A program made the position numbers and the translations under genes. Source: Candidatus Saccharimonadota bacterium (GTDB lineage: Bacteria > Pseudomonadota > Gammaproteobacteria > Enterobacterales > Enterobacteriaceae). From it: a stretch of 32,000 nt of DNA. The DNA is taken from the NCBI GenBank assembly GCA_000217635.1, contig CP001817.1:90001-122000 (forward strand). Reading direction: 5' to 3'. Positions 9,594-20,683 of the stretch are shown piece by piece. The notes below the pieces were generated by a model. It had not been told where the DNA came from and did no database searches. It worked only from the letters and a program-made list of their open reading frames with translations. The stretch's first letter is position 1. Every line of letters starts with the position of its first letter.

Positions 9594-10469
9594 TTACTTA
9601 TTAGTTACATATTTTTGTGCGATTTTTTTTATTTTAGATCGTATCGTTAATATATAATCTGTACGTTCTGTTGTAGAAAGAATTTTTTTACAATCTAATA
9701 AATTAAAATAGTGAATAGCATGTAACATATGTTCATATGCAGGAACAGATAATGAAATAGAAATTTCAATTAATCGACTTGCTTCTTGAATATGTAAGTT
9801 AAATAATTTAGATAATAATTGGGTATTAGAAAAATCAAAATTATAATATGAATTTTGTTTTTCATCATTATAAAAAAGATTTGAATATGTTATTGTTTTA
9901 TTATTTAATTTTGACCAAATAATATCATAAATATTTTTTTTATTTTGTATATGCATAGCAATACGTTCTAATCCATAAGTAATTTCTACAGATGCAGGAT
10001 GACAATTTAATCCTCCCATTTGTTGAAAATATGTAAATTGTGTTATTTCCATTCCATTTAACCAGACTTCCCAACCTAATCCGGAAGCTCCTAATGTTGG
10101 ATTTTTCCAATTGTCTTCAACAAATCTTATATCGTTTTCTTGATCTTTAATACCTATTTCTTGCAAAGAATGCAAATAAATATCTTGAATAGTATTTGGA
10201 GCTGGTTTTATAATAACTTGAAATTGGTAATAATGTTGAAGTCGATTGGGATTTTTCATATATCTTCCGTCTGATGGACGTCGAGACGGTTGTACATATG
10301 CAAAAGATATTTTTTGAGATCCTATAACATTAAAAAAGGTTTTATGATGAAATGTTCCGGCTCCTACAGAAATATCGAGTGGTTGTAAAATAATACATCC
10401 GTGATTAAACCAAAATTTTTGTAAAGTTTGAATAAGATTATAAAATGTTTTTTTTTCTTTATGAACCAT
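9594..10469 (-). CDS. glyQ: glycyl-tRNA synthetase alpha subunit
   Basis: YVQPSRRP.DGRY..NPNRLQHYYQFQV.IKP.P, IRFVEDNW.NPTLGA.GLGWEVWLNGME.TQFTYFQQ.GG and EITYGLER.AM match E. coli GlyQ. Confidence 0.95.
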   Translation of the reverse strand: MVHKEKKTFYNLIQTLQKFWFNHGCIILQPLDISVGAGTFHHKTFFNVIGSQKISFAYVQPSRRPSDGRYMKNPNRLQHYYQFQVIIKPAPNTIQDIYLHSLQEIGIKDQENDIRFVEDNWKNPTLGASGLGWEVWLNGMEITQFTYFQQMGGLNCHPASVEITYGLERIAMHIQNKKNIYDIIWSKLNNKTITYSNLFYNDEKQNSYYNFDFSNTQLLSKLFNLHIQEASRLIEISISLSVPAYEHMLHAIHYFNLLDCKKILSTTERTDYILTIRSKIKKIAQKYVTNK

Positions 10470-10653
10470 GACGATAATACCTTATAAAATTATAATTTTT
10501 TATTTTTAATAATATTTATATGAAATATATAATTATTAAATTAATATATAATCTTTATTGTATATCATTTTCTATTTTAGAAAAATAATTTCAAAATAAT
10601 ATTTTTATATATAATAAATATTATATATATGTTTTTTATTAAGGTTTTAAAAT

Positions 10654-11517
10654 ATGTGGTATATTGGAGCGCATGTTAGTGCAGCTGGAGGTGTAGAAAA
10701 GTCTATTATACGAGCGCATAAATTGGGAGCTACTGCTTTTTCTTTTTTTTTAAAAAACCAGCGTCAATGGAAAAATACGTTGTTAAATGAAACGAAAATT
10801 AATCTTTTTCATAAGTTTTGTAAATTATATGGATATTCATCAAATCAAATTTTACCGCATGGTAATTATTTGATGAATTTAGGTAATCCTGATCCCGACA
10901 TGCGTCAAAAATCGTGTGCTGCATTAATTGATGAATTATTAAGTTGTGAAAAATTAAAATTATCTATGCTTAATATCCACCCAGGTAGTCATTTAAAAAA
11001 AATTACAGAAAAATCTTGTTTAAATAATATTATTTATTGTATTAATAAGGCATTAAGTAAAACAAATAATGTTACAATAGTTTTAGAAAATACAGCTGGG
11101 CAAGGTAGTTCTGTTGGTTATTGTTTTGAACATCTAGCTTATATTATTCGTTATATAGAAGATAAATCTCGTATTGGTGTGTGTTTGGATAGTTGTCATT
11201 TATTTTCTGCTGGATATGATATTGGAAATTTTTCAAATTTTTTAAATATTTTTAAACATTTTAATAATATTATTGGAATTAATTATTTATGTGGCATACA
11301 TTTAAATGATTCTATAGGTGCCTTGCATAGTCGATTAGATCGGCATCAAAATTTAGGATATGGTCAAATTAATAAAGAGGCTTTTTCTTGGTTTATGCAA
11401 TCTATACAATTCCAAAAAATACCAATAATTTTAGAAACAAAAAATATGAATCTATGGGTACATGAAATAAAATGGTTATATAAAAAATCTTTAAATAATC
11501 AATTTAATATTATATAA
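10654..11517 (+). CDS. nfo: endonuclease IV
   Basis: YIGAHVSAAGG, KNQRQW, HPGSH, ENTAGQGS..G..FEHLA.II, DKSR.GVC.D.CH.F.AGYD, H.ND and R.DRH..LG.G match E. coli Nfo. Length is 287 versus 285 aa. Confidence 0.93.
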   Translation: MWYIGAHVSAAGGVEKSIIRAHKLGATAFSFFLKNQRQWKNTLLNETKINLFHKFCKLYGYSSNQILPHGNYLMNLGNPDPDMRQKSCAALIDELLSCEKLKLSMLNIHPGSHLKKITEKSCLNNIIYCINKALSKTNNVTIVLENTAGQGSSVGYCFEHLAYIIRYIEDKSRIGVCLDSCHLFSAGYDIGNFSNFLNIFKHFNNIIGINYLCGIHLNDSIGALHSRLDRHQNLGYGQINKEAFSWFMQSIQFQKIPIILETKNMNLWVHEIKWLYKKSLNNQFNII

Positions 11518-11636
11518 ATATTTTATACAAATAATTGATATATAGAATAATATATATTTAAAAAATCTTTAAAAAAATAAAAATTTATCGTTTATTTTTT
11601 TTGTTGAGTTTTAATAATCTACTATTAGAGACAGAA

Positions 11637-11936
11637 ATGATTACATTAAATGCTATTCAACGTTATAACTGTGGTACCGGATATAGTCGTCGTTTACGTA
11701 AGATATATCATCAATTGCCAGGTATTATATATGGAGTAAATTTAATTAAAAAACCTTTATTAATTTCTTTAATACATGATAAAGTTTTTTATTTACAAGA
11801 AAAAAATGAATTTTATTCAGAAGATTTATTATTAATTGTTAATAAAAATAAATTTTTTGTTAGGGTTAAAGAAATTCAACGTCATGCATTTAAATTAAAT
11901 ATATTACATATAGATTTTATAAGTATTAAAATTTAG
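11637..11936 (+). CDS. rplY: 50S ribosomal protein L25
   Basis: From ATG 11637, MITLNAIQRYNCGTGYSRRLRK....PGIIYG...HDKV......EFYSE.L......K...VK..E.QRH.....L.HIDF matches E. coli L25. The TTG 11601 in the ORF track adds 12 unsupported residues. Confidence 0.88.
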   Translation: MITLNAIQRYNCGTGYSRRLRKIYHQLPGIIYGVNLIKKPLLISLIHDKVFYLQEKNEFYSEDLLLIVNKNKFFVRVKEIQRHAFKLNILHIDFISIKI

Positions 11937-12079
11937 CTGATAAAATATCACCTATAAATAATAACATTATTTTTTAATATATATAAAAAAATAAAAAAGT
12001 TAATTATTTTAATATTATTTATATTTGATTGATAAATATTTAAATTAATATTGTTAAAAATATTTTGATAGATAGAATT

Positions 12080-12152
12080 ATCGGCACGTACTAGAATTTA
12101 TTTAATATAATGAATAGGAAAATATATAAGTAATTATATTTTTCGTGCCGAT
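12080..12152. repeat. GC-rich 9-bp inverted repeat (ATCGGCACG / CGTGCCGAT) with a ~55-nt spacer, in the convergent rplY / dedA-family intergenic region
   Basis: The arms are at 12080-12088 and 12144-12152. The right arm is followed by TTTTTATT. These are the only GC-rich elements in a ~370-bp AT-rich spacer. Confidence 0.5.
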
Positions 12153-12305
12153 TTTTATTATATTTTATCAACAAATATTATTTATAAATTTATATATAAT
12201 ATCTTTATATTTTTTTTAAATAACATTCTGAATATTGTTATTAATATATCTGTACTATTTTTATTTTTATAAAAAAATAAATAATTTTTAAGTACTATTA
12301 AATAA

Positions 12306-12977
12306 TTAAAAATATAAAAAAATAAATTCTAATTTTAACATTAAAATTTTTTTAATGTCCTGTTTTTTATTTTTATACAAATAACGGTAAATCATATAGG
12401 AAAATAATATAAATATTCCAATACCACTACCTATTATAATATGATAAAATTTATTTTTTATTTTATTCGTTAAGTATTTAAAAATAATTAGCGTACATAT
12501 TCCTGGAGAAAAATAAATGATTGGCCATAATATACATGCTAAAATATCTGGAATTAGAAATTTATAAAATGATAATTTTAATACTCCGGATAACATAGGT
12601 ATTAATGGTCTAGTAGGTCCAATAAATTTTCCTAAAAAAACGGTAATAAAATTATATTTATATAAAAATGTTTGTATTTTTTCAATTAAATTTTTATTAA
12701 TCTGAAATAAAAGAATATTATTTATTTTATTTCTAAATTTTATTCCAAAGTAGTATGAAAAAATATCTCCTATTATACATCCTAACGCACTGCATATCCA
12801 TGCATGATAAAAATTTAATTGACCATTACCTATTAGCGTTCCAAAACTACCCATTATTACTAGTCCGGGTAATACTAATCCTATTAATGCTAGAGATTCT
12901 AAAAAAGACATTATAAAAACTATGATATTCAGATGATTTATAGCAAAATGGGTTGTATACATTAAAAAAGATTTCAT
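12306..12977 (-). CDS. yabI: DedA-family inner membrane protein (YabI-like)
   Basis: FLESLAL.GL.LPG, G.LIG.G.L.F.HAW, G.F.GPTRPL.PM..G.L.L and WP..YF.PG match E. coli YabI and the DedA family. The protein is multi-pass and hydrophobic. Confidence 0.8.
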   Translation of the reverse strand: MKSFLMYTTHFAINHLNIIVFIMSFLESLALIGLVLPGLVIMGSFGTLIGNGQLNFYHAWICSALGCIIGDIFSYYFGIKFRNKINNILLFQINKNLIEKIQTFLYKYNFITVFLGKFIGPTRPLIPMLSGVLKLSFYKFLIPDILACILWPIIYFSPGICTLIIFKYLTNKIKNKFYHIIIGSGIGIFILFSYMIYRYLYKNKKQDIKKILMLKLEFIFLYF

Positions 12978-13569
12978 AATTTCTCTTTTTTGTTTTAATT
13001 CAATAATTATTTAATATTGACTACTCTGAATATTTTTAAATTTTTTTTAATTTTTTTTTTTTTTATTACATTATAGTCAATGTTAATATTAGTCAAATAG
13101 GTATTTTTAATTTATTAATATTTATTAGTTTTTTATAAATATATTATTAACATACTATGAATATATCTAGGAATCAACTAATTTTAAATTGTTATTATTT
13201 GGTCAATATAATATATTATTTATATATCAATAAATATTAAATTATTAAAAAAATAAAATATACTTTTTTTATATAATTTTTTATAATAAATAGAGATTTT
13301 TATTATCGATATTATGATAATAAAATATTTATTTTATAATCAAAATATTATTAATATATTTCATAATAAAACATGTATTTTTATACTAAAAAAATAAATT
13401 TATTTATTATTTAATATTCTTAATTTTTTCTTTATAAGAATATCTTTTATATTAATTAAAGATTTTTTTATTTATTAAGATAAAGTATCTTATATACCAT
13501 TCAAATATAAAGATTTTATGTTATAAAAAATATATATGTAATATAAAAATATTAAATACAGAGTAGAGT

Positions 13570-14403
13570 ATGAATAATATAAAGTTTTATTCACATATTC
13601 CAAATAGAAAGTTAGGGCAAAATTTTTTAATTAATAAAGATATTATTAAATTTATTATTAAAAGTATTAATATAAAATATAATGATAAAATGCTAGAAAT
13701 TGGTCCAGGACTAGGCTCTTTAACTTATCCAGTCAGTCAAATTGTAAAAGAATTAATTATTTTAGAAATTGATAAATCATTACATCCAATATTATATGAT
13801 TTAAAATTTAAAAATCATGTAAAAATTATTTTTGCTAATGCGATGACATTTGATTATAATAATTTTTTTGATAAATATCAAAATAAATTAATACGATTTT
13901 TTGGAAATTTACCATATAATATTTCTACAGCATTTTTATTACATATATTACGTTATAAAGAGAATATATATGATATGCATTTTATGTTTCAAAAAGAAGT
14001 AGCTGATCGTATCATAGCGCAACCCCATGATAAAAAATATGGTCGCCTAAGTATTGTTGTACAATTTTTTTTTACTATTAAATATATTTTGTCTATAGAA
14101 AAAATTCATTTTTTTCCTGTTCCAAAAGTAGATTCGGTCTTTTTAAAATTTTCTCCAATTAATAAATTGTATAAATATAACATTATTCAGTATATTAATA
14201 CAATTAGTTATATTACTAAAATAGCATTTCAGCATCGAAGAAAAATATTAAAACATACATTATGTCATTTATTTCATTTAAAAGAATTATCTTATTTTGG
14301 AATTAATGCCTTACAAAGAGCAGAAAATATATCGGTTAAACAATATTTTCAATTAACAGAATATTTTATTAAAAAAACAAATATTAAAAATATATTTTAT
14401 TAA
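13570..14403 (+). CDS. rsmA: 16S rRNA (adenine1518/1519-N6)-dimethyltransferase
   Basis: GQNFL, the SAM motif EIGPGLG.LT, E.D, FGNLPYNIST, MHFM.QKEV..R, YGRLS and AENIS..QY match E. coli KsgA/RsmA. Confidence 0.93.
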   Translation: MNNIKFYSHIPNRKLGQNFLINKDIIKFIIKSINIKYNDKMLEIGPGLGSLTYPVSQIVKELIILEIDKSLHPILYDLKFKNHVKIIFANAMTFDYNNFFDKYQNKLIRFFGNLPYNISTAFLLHILRYKENIYDMHFMFQKEVADRIIAQPHDKKYGRLSIVVQFFFTIKYILSIEKIHFFPVPKVDSVFLKFSPINKLYKYNIIQYINTISYITKIAFQHRRKILKHTLCHLFHLKELSYFGINALQRAENISVKQYFQLTEYFIKKTNIKNIFY

Positions 14404-14490
14404 ACATAAGTGCGGATGTAATCCTATTACAGAGCTTATATATTGTATGAAAATACTTTTTTTTAATATTTTTTTATATCAGGAATTGTT

Positions 14491-15313
14491 ATGAGTACTT
14501 ATATTATAGGAGATATTCATGGGTGTTATAAAGATTTTCAAAAATTATTAAAAATAATATCTTTTAATATAAAATATGATATTTTGTGGATTACTGGAGA
14601 TTTAGTTTTACGAGGTCAGGATTCATTATCTGTTCTTCGTTTTTTATATTCAATAAAAAATAATATAAAATTAGTATTAGGAAATAACGATTTAAATTTA
14701 ATTAAAATATTGCTAGGTTTACAACCAAACGATAATAAATTAAATATTAATAACATATTGCATGCTTTTGATCGAGATGTTTTAATGTTTTGGTTACTTC
14801 AACAACCATTAGTAAATATTGATATAAAAAAAATTATCTTAGTTCATGCAGGTATATTTCCTTTTTGGACTCTTGAAGAAATAATAAAATATAATAATAT
14901 ACTTCAAAAGTTATTAACTGGAAAAAGTTTTTTTTCTTTTCTTTCTGAATCTTTACAATATACAATGAAATTTTTTTCCTGGACTCAAGCATTAAATTCA
15001 AAAAAATATATTTTTTTTATTTTAAAAGCGTTTACTAGTATGAGATATATTTTTTTAAATGGAGATTTAGCTTTTTCTCATTTTAATAGTCATTTTGAAG
15101 CAAAAAAAAATAAATATTTATCCTTGGTTTGTATTAAAAAATAAAATTATAGAAACAACTAAATATACAATTATTTTTGGTCATTGGGCATCTATACGAG
15201 GTCAAGGTACACCTCGTAATATTATTGGTTTAGATACTGGGTGTTGTTGGAATGGTTGTTTAACTGCGTTACGTTGGGAAGATAAAAAATTTTTTTCACA
15301 AAATTGTTTATAA
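14491..15313 (+). pseudogene. apaH: diadenosine tetraphosphatase, split by a frameshift in an A9 run; the catalytic GNHD motif reads GNND
   Basis: ORF 14491-15144 (M.TY.IGD.HGC......LL, W.TGDLV.RG, LVLGNND) and ORF 15095-15313 (PWF......FGHWAS..G.GTP..I..LDTGCCW.G.LT.LRWEDK) are the N- and C-terminal parts of E. coli ApaH. They join if one A is removed from 15102-15110. Confidence 0.85.
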
Positions 15314-15428
15314 ATATCATTTCATGTATGTTATAACTTCCTTGTTATAAAACTATTAAAATATATAAAAGTATTTATGCGATATTTAGTTAAAATATAA
15401 TATAAAACTAATTAATATTATAAAAAAA

Positions 15429-18400
15429 CTATATTTTTTGATGCATTTTTTGTAACGATAATATTGGGTATTCATTTAGATGTTGTAAAGATATTAAAGT
15501 AGCTAATGTACCATTTAAGGTTGTATCATAGTGTATCTTGTATTTTAAGGCATATTTACAAATTTTATTATATTTTTTACTATTTATTTTATTAATGTCA
15601 GTATTAATAATGTATACATACTTTTTATTTTGTATTAAATTATAGACATTCAATGTTCTTTCGTTTTGTGTGCTTACTAATCGTGTAAAAATACCAGAAT
15701 TTTTTAATATTTTGTTTATATCATTTGTAGAATCAAGTTTAAATCCTAATTTTTTTAATTTTATTGCAATTTGAACGGCAGATTTTTCATCACTTTTTTT
15801 TAAAGATATTAAAACTCTCCCAAATTTTTTTATTTTTGCAGAGATACTTAACATAGCCTTATAAAATGCATATGAAAAATTTTTTCCTATACCCATTACT
15901 TCTCCAGTAGAACGCATTTCGGGACCTAAAACTGGATCTACGTTTAAAAATTTATTAAAGGGTAATACAACTTCTTTCACTGAGTAATATTTTGGTTTTA
16001 TTTCTTTAATATATCCTTGTTGTTTAAGTGAAATACCACACATAACACGCATAGCTATTTTTACTAATGGTAATCCAATAGCTTTAGATACAAAAGGCAC
16101 AGTACGAGCTGCTCTAGGATTGACTTCTAGAACATATATTATATCTTTTTTTATTGCAAACTGAATATTCATCAAACCTAACACAGATAGCTTTATAGCT
16201 AACTTTTTTGTTTGTTTCCGAATTTTATTTTTTATTTCTTTTGTAATTGTATAAGTAGGTAATGAACAAGCTGAATCTCCGGAATGTATTCCTGCTTGTT
16301 CAATATGTTCCATAATACCCCCGATAAAAATATTTTGTCCGTCACAGATAGCATCTACATCAATTTCTATTGCTTTTTCTAAATATTGGTCTAATAAAAT
16401 CTCTTGATTATTACAAAAACAAGTGTGATTTAAAAAATATTTTTTTAAATCTTTTTCATTATTTATAATTTCCATATCTCGTCCACCTAAAACATAGGAT
16501 GGTCTTACAATAATAGGATACGATATTTCTTTTGCTTTTTTTAAAGCGTCTTTTATATTATTAGCAGTATCATTTTTTGGTTGTTTTAGGTTTAATTGTA
16601 GTACAATATTTTGAAATTTTTTTCTATTTTCTGCTATATCGATATATTTTGGTTGTGTACCGATTATATTAATTTTATATTTTTGAAAATATTTTGCTAA
16701 TTTTAATGGTGTTTGTCCGCCATATTGAATTACAATTCCTTGAGGTTGTTCTATTCTTATGATTTCTAATATATTTTCTAAAGTTATAGGTTCAAAATAT
16801 AAACGATCAGACATATCATAATCTGTAGAAACTGTTTCAGGATTACAATTGATCATAATAGTTTCATAATGATCTTTTCGTAATGCTTGAGCGGCATGTA
16901 CGCAACAATAATCAAATTCTATTCCTTGACCGATACGATTAGGTCCACTACCCAATATTATAATTTTTTTCGGATTTTTTGTGGGTAATGATTCACATTC
17001 ATCTTCCCAAGTTGAATACATATATGCAGTGTCAGTAAAAAATTCAGCTGCACATGTATCAATTCTTTTATATACAGGGAATAATTTTAATTTATATCTA
17101 TAATTCCGTACCTCATGTTCTTTTTGACATATTAGTTGTGCAATTCGTAAATCAGAAAACCCTTTACTTTTTAGTTCTTTTAATTTAAAATAATTTAAAT
17201 TATGTAATTTTAATTTCTTTGTTTTTTCTTCAATATCAATAATTTCTTTAATTTGATATAAAAACCATATGTCTATATTAGTTAATTGATTCACTATATG
17301 TATAGTCCATTTTAAACGAAATGCTTCTCCAATATACCATAATCGTTCAGGACCTGCTTTTGTTAATTCATATTGTATTTTTTTTTTATAATTTGATAAA
17401 TTTTCTTGATATTTTTGATTTCTCAAAGTAATGTCAAAACCGCTACTATTAATTTCTAAGCTTCGTATTGCTTTTTGTAATGACTCTTGAAACGTGCGTC
17501 CAATAGCCATGACTTCTCCAACTGATTTCATTTGCGTTGTTAGGCGATCATTACAATTATGGAATTTTTCAAAATTAAATCGAGGTAGTTTAGTTACAAT
17601 ATAGTCAATCGTAGGTTCAAAAGCAGCTGGAGTTTGAATACCAGTGATATTGTTTTTTAACTCATTTAAATTATAACCTATAGCTAATTTAGCGGAGATA
17701 AATGCTATAGGAAATCCTGTGGCTTTTGAAGCTAATGCAGATGATCGAGAAACTCTAGGGTTCATTTCAATTACAACCATCTCTCCATTTTTTGGGTTAA
17801 TAGCAAATTGAACATTAGCACCCCCCGCTTGTACTCCTATTTCTTTTAATACTTTTATTGAAGCATTTCTCATTTTTTGAAATTCTTTATCGCTTAAAGT
17901 TTGTGCAGGAGCCACTGTGATAGAATCTCCCGTATGAATACCCATGGGATCAACATTTTCGATTGAACAAATAATAATACAAGTACCTAATTGATCATGA
18001 ATTACTTCCATTTCATATTCTTTCCATCCAATTAATGATTCGTCAATTAATAATTCGTTTGTGGGTGATTGTTCCAATCCTTGTAAACATAACTGTTGAA
18101 ATTCTTTGTCATTATATGCTATCCCTCCCCCGCTTCCCCCCATAGTAAATGAAGGTCTAATAATACATGGAAAACCAATTTTTTTAATAATATTATTAGC
18201 TTCTTGTATTGTGCGAACAATTCCACAGCGAGCTGTTTTTAAACCAATTTTTTTCATTGATTTTTCAAATAAATTTCTATCTTCAGCTTTTTGAATTGCA
18301 TGAATAGTTACACCAATTAATTCTATATTGTATTTTTTTAATATGTTTTTTTGATTTAGTTTTAACGTACAATTTAATGCTGTTTGCCCACCCATTGTTG

Positions 18401-18662
18401 GTAATAATGCGTGCGGTTTTTCTTTTTTTATGATTTCAGTTATGATGTTATCATTTATTGGTTCGATATATGTAACATCTGCTATTTTTGGATCAGTCAT
18501 TATGGTTGCAGGATTAGAATTTACTAAAATTATTTTATATCCTTCTTCTCGTAATGCTTTACATGCTTGAGCTCCTGAATAGTCAAATTCACATGCTTGC
18601 CCAATAATAATAGGTCCTGATCCTAAGATTAATATTTTTTTTATATCTGTTCTTTTTGGCAT
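15429..18662 (-). CDS. carB: carbamoyl-phosphate synthase large subunit
   Basis: 1077 aa versus 1073 in E. coli, with very high identity throughout ([53 protein letters not shown] ...). It appears intact. Confidence 0.97.
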   Translation of the reverse strand: MPKRTDIKKILILGSGPIIIGQACEFDYSGAQACKALREEGYKIILVNSNPATIMTDPKIADVTYIEPINDNIITEIIKKEKPHALLPTMGGQTALNCTLKLNQKNILKKYNIELIGVTIHAIQKAEDRNLFEKSMKKIGLKTARCGIVRTIQEANNIIKKIGFPCIIRPSFTMGGSGGGIAYNDKEFQQLCLQGLEQSPTNELLIDESLIGWKEYEMEVIHDQLGTCIIICSIENVDPMGIHTGDSITVAPAQTLSDKEFQKMRNASIKVLKEIGVQAGGANVQFAINPKNGEMVVIEMNPRVSRSSALASKATGFPIAFISAKLAIGYNLNELKNNITGIQTPAAFEPTIDYIVTKLPRFNFEKFHNCNDRLTTQMKSVGEVMAIGRTFQESLQKAIRSLEINSSGFDITLRNQKYQENLSNYKKKIQYELTKAGPERLWYIGEAFRLKWTIHIVNQLTNIDIWFLYQIKEIIDIEEKTKKLKLHNLNYFKLKELKSKGFSDLRIAQLICQKEHEVRNYRYKLKLFPVYKRIDTCAAEFFTDTAYMYSTWEDECESLPTKNPKKIIILGSGPNRIGQGIEFDYCCVHAAQALRKDHYETIMINCNPETVSTDYDMSDRLYFEPITLENILEIIRIEQPQGIVIQYGGQTPLKLAKYFQKYKINIIGTQPKYIDIAENRKKFQNIVLQLNLKQPKNDTANNIKDALKKAKEISYPIIVRPSYVLGGRDMEIINNEKDLKKYFLNHTCFCNNQEILLDQYLEKAIEIDVDAICDGQNIFIGGIMEHIEQAGIHSGDSACSLPTYTITKEIKNKIRKQTKKLAIKLSVLGLMNIQFAIKKDIIYVLEVNPRAARTVPFVSKAIGLPLVKIAMRVMCGISLKQQGYIKEIKPKYYSVKEVVLPFNKFLNVDPVLGPEMRSTGEVMGIGKNFSYAFYKAMLSISAKIKKFGRVLISLKKSDEKSAVQIAIKLKKLGFKLDSTNDINKILKNSGIFTRLVSTQNERTLNVYNLIQNKKYVYIINTDINKINSKKYNKICKYALKYKIHYDTTLNGTLATLISLQHLNEYPILSLQKMHQKI

Positions 18663-19812
18663 AATTTTTCCTTATCACGCATATTTTTAATAAATTTATT
18701 AAATAATTTTTCAATATCATTAGTGCCCGGACTGGCTTCTGGGTGTCCCTGAAAACCAAATGAATTTTTTTATATAATTTAATTCCTTGGATGGTTTGAT
18801 CAAATAATGAAACATGAGTTACTATAATATTTTTATTAATAGTGTTTGGATTTATTGTAAAGTTATGGTTTTGGGATGTTATAAAGACATGTTTTGTATT
18901 AATATTTTGGACGGGATGGTTGGATCCGTGATGACCAAATTTCATTTTTTTTATTTCAGCTCCCGCTGCTAATGCTAAAATTTGGTGCCCTAGACAAATT
19001 CCAAATATTGGAATGTGTAATTTTAATATTTTTTTTACGCACTTAATTGTGTCCGTACATAGACGAGGATCACCTGGACCGTTTGATAACAATACACCAG
19101 ATGGTTTTAATTTAATTAAAATATTGATTGGAGTATAATATGGTACCAGTGTAATTTGACATCCTTTTTTATTCAGTATATTAAGTATATTTTTTTTACA
19201 CCTAAATCGTATACAACTACATGTAATTTTTTCTTTATATTTTTTTGTATCATTAAAGTAATTATTTTTGTTTTTTATTATATAAATTATTACTAAAATT
19301 AGTCCATTGATATATTTTTTTGTACCTACATATTTAGTTAACTCTATTTGTTTTTTGCTTTTATAAGATTTTATTTTTTTTAATGCATGTTGGATATTTA
19401 TGTATTTGTTAGATTGAATACATCCATACTGCGATCCACGATTTCGTAATATTCTTGTTAATTTTCTGGTATCAATGTTAGAAATAACGATAATTTTTTT
19501 TTCTTTAATATATTGTAATAAATTTTTTGTACTTCGATAATTACTAGAAATATTAGAAATATTTTTTAGAATAACACCTTTGGCATAAATATTTTTTGAT
19601 TCTTCATCATCTATATTAACACCAACATTACCAATATGAGGATATGTAAAAGCAATTAATTGATCAGCATAAGATGGATCGGTTAAAATCTCTTGGTATC
19701 CTGTCATAGAAGTATTAAATACTATTTCACCTATTACATATCCATCGGTTCCAGAATTATAACCATGAAAAATAGTACCATCTTGTAACACTAAAATTGC
19801 TGGTTCTTTCAC
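18641..19812 (-). pseudogene. carA: carbamoyl-phosphate synthase small subunit, carrying four homopolymer frame jumps (three internal ones that cancel, plus one near the 3' end)
   Basis: The N-terminal part (VFNTSMTGYQEILTDPSY, TYPHIGNVG, DTRKLTR.LR) and the glutaminase core (SNGPGDP, P.FGICLGHQ.LALA.GA...KMKFGHHG.NHPV) are in the ORF frame. YQWTNFS, KLHVVVYDLGVKK and the C-terminal FGFQGHPEASPG lie in other frames (see findings). Confidence 0.85.
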
Positions 19813-19835
19813 AAATTTTCTCCAAATAAATCTTA

Positions 19836-20683
19836 ATTATTTATTTTATTTTTTTCAATAGAAGAAAGATTTTTAAATATGTCTGACATATTAAATAATC
19901 CATTTTTTTATTTTTAATCCAAATAGCAGCTTTTATAGCTCCCCTAGCAAAGGCAGATCGATTAGTTGCTTTATGTATAATTTCAATTTGTTCTCCGAGA
20001 TCGGCAAATAAAATTTTATGTTCTCCAATAATATCGCCTCCGCGTACTACGGAATAACCGATTTTATTTTTTTTACGAGGTCCGACGATTCCATATCTTT
20101 GAAATATTGTATCTTTATTAAAATTCCATCCCATAGATTCAGATATATTTTTTCCTATTTGTAAAGCGGTACCTGAAGGCGCATCAACTTTATTTCTATG
20201 ATGATATTCAATAATTTCAATATCTACATATTTACCAATAATAGAAGCGATATATTTTGTAATATTATATAATAAATTAATACCAATACTAAAATTTGGT
20301 GAAAAAAGTATAGCTATATTTTTTGCTGCCGATTTTATAGTTTTTAGTTGTTGTTCATTAAATCCCGTAGTTCCTATAATGATGTTTTTTTGATTTTTTA
20401 TACAGTATTTTAAATTATTTATAGTATTTTGGGGAGTTGTAAAATCTATTAATACGTCATATAATAAATTTCTTTCATGGTTATTTTTTAATATTTTTAA
20501 AAAAAAGTAATTTAGAAAATCTTTTTTTATTTCTGACTGTTGTTCTTTTGCTTTTTTAGAATTTTCATTAATAATAGCACCTATTAATGATGTCTCTTGA
20601 TTTTTTATTGTTTCTTTAATTAATATCTTTCCCATGCGACCAAAAGCGCCGGAGATTATTATTTTTGTTTTTTCTTGATTCAT
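19836..20683 (-). CDS. dapB: 4-hydroxy-tetrahydrodipicolinate reductase, with a 3'-terminal frame jump at an A7 run
   Basis: From ATG 20683, MNQEKTKIIISGAFGRMG puts GRMG at the same position as in E. coli DapB. IDFT.P, IGTTGF, E..HR.K.DAPSGTA and GEH...FA..GE..EI.HKA..R..FA.GA match. The conserved C-terminus NGLFNMSDIF is in the +1 frame after 19903-19909, with the inferred stop at 19836-19838. Confidence 0.85.

Noticed and set aside
9451-9657. A 68-aa plus-strand ORF spanning the glyS start and glyQ end.
   Set aside because: It is antisense to two confirmed genes and has no Shine-Dalgarno sequence or homology signal.
12978-13569. The ~590-bp ORF-free spacer upstream of ksgA, examined for a mobile element, repeat array, RNA gene or novel small ORF. 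It contains short TAGTCAA/TTGACTA repeats.
   Set aside because: I found no terminal inverted repeats, no transposase-like ORF, no tRNA-like GC pattern and no periodic repeats. It is best explained as eroded surA/pdxA sequence, which is an inference from synteny.
15095-15313. A 72-aa ORF listed as separate in the ORF track.
   Set aside because: It is not an independent gene. It encodes the conserved C-terminal part of ApaH (FGHWAS...LDTGCCW...LRWEDK) and joins the upstream ORF across an A9 run.
15331-15350. A small hairpin, TTATAAC-ttcctt-GTTATAA, between convergent apaH and carB.
   Set aside because: The stem is only 7 bp and all A/U apart from one G-C pair, with no flanking T-run on either strand. 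It cannot be distinguished from chance in this base composition.
18106-18294. A 62-aa ORF antisense to carB. The same applies to the 72-aa ORF at 21182-21400, antisense to ileS.
   Set aside because: Both are embedded antisense in highly conserved genes, have no independent support, and are most likely spurious.
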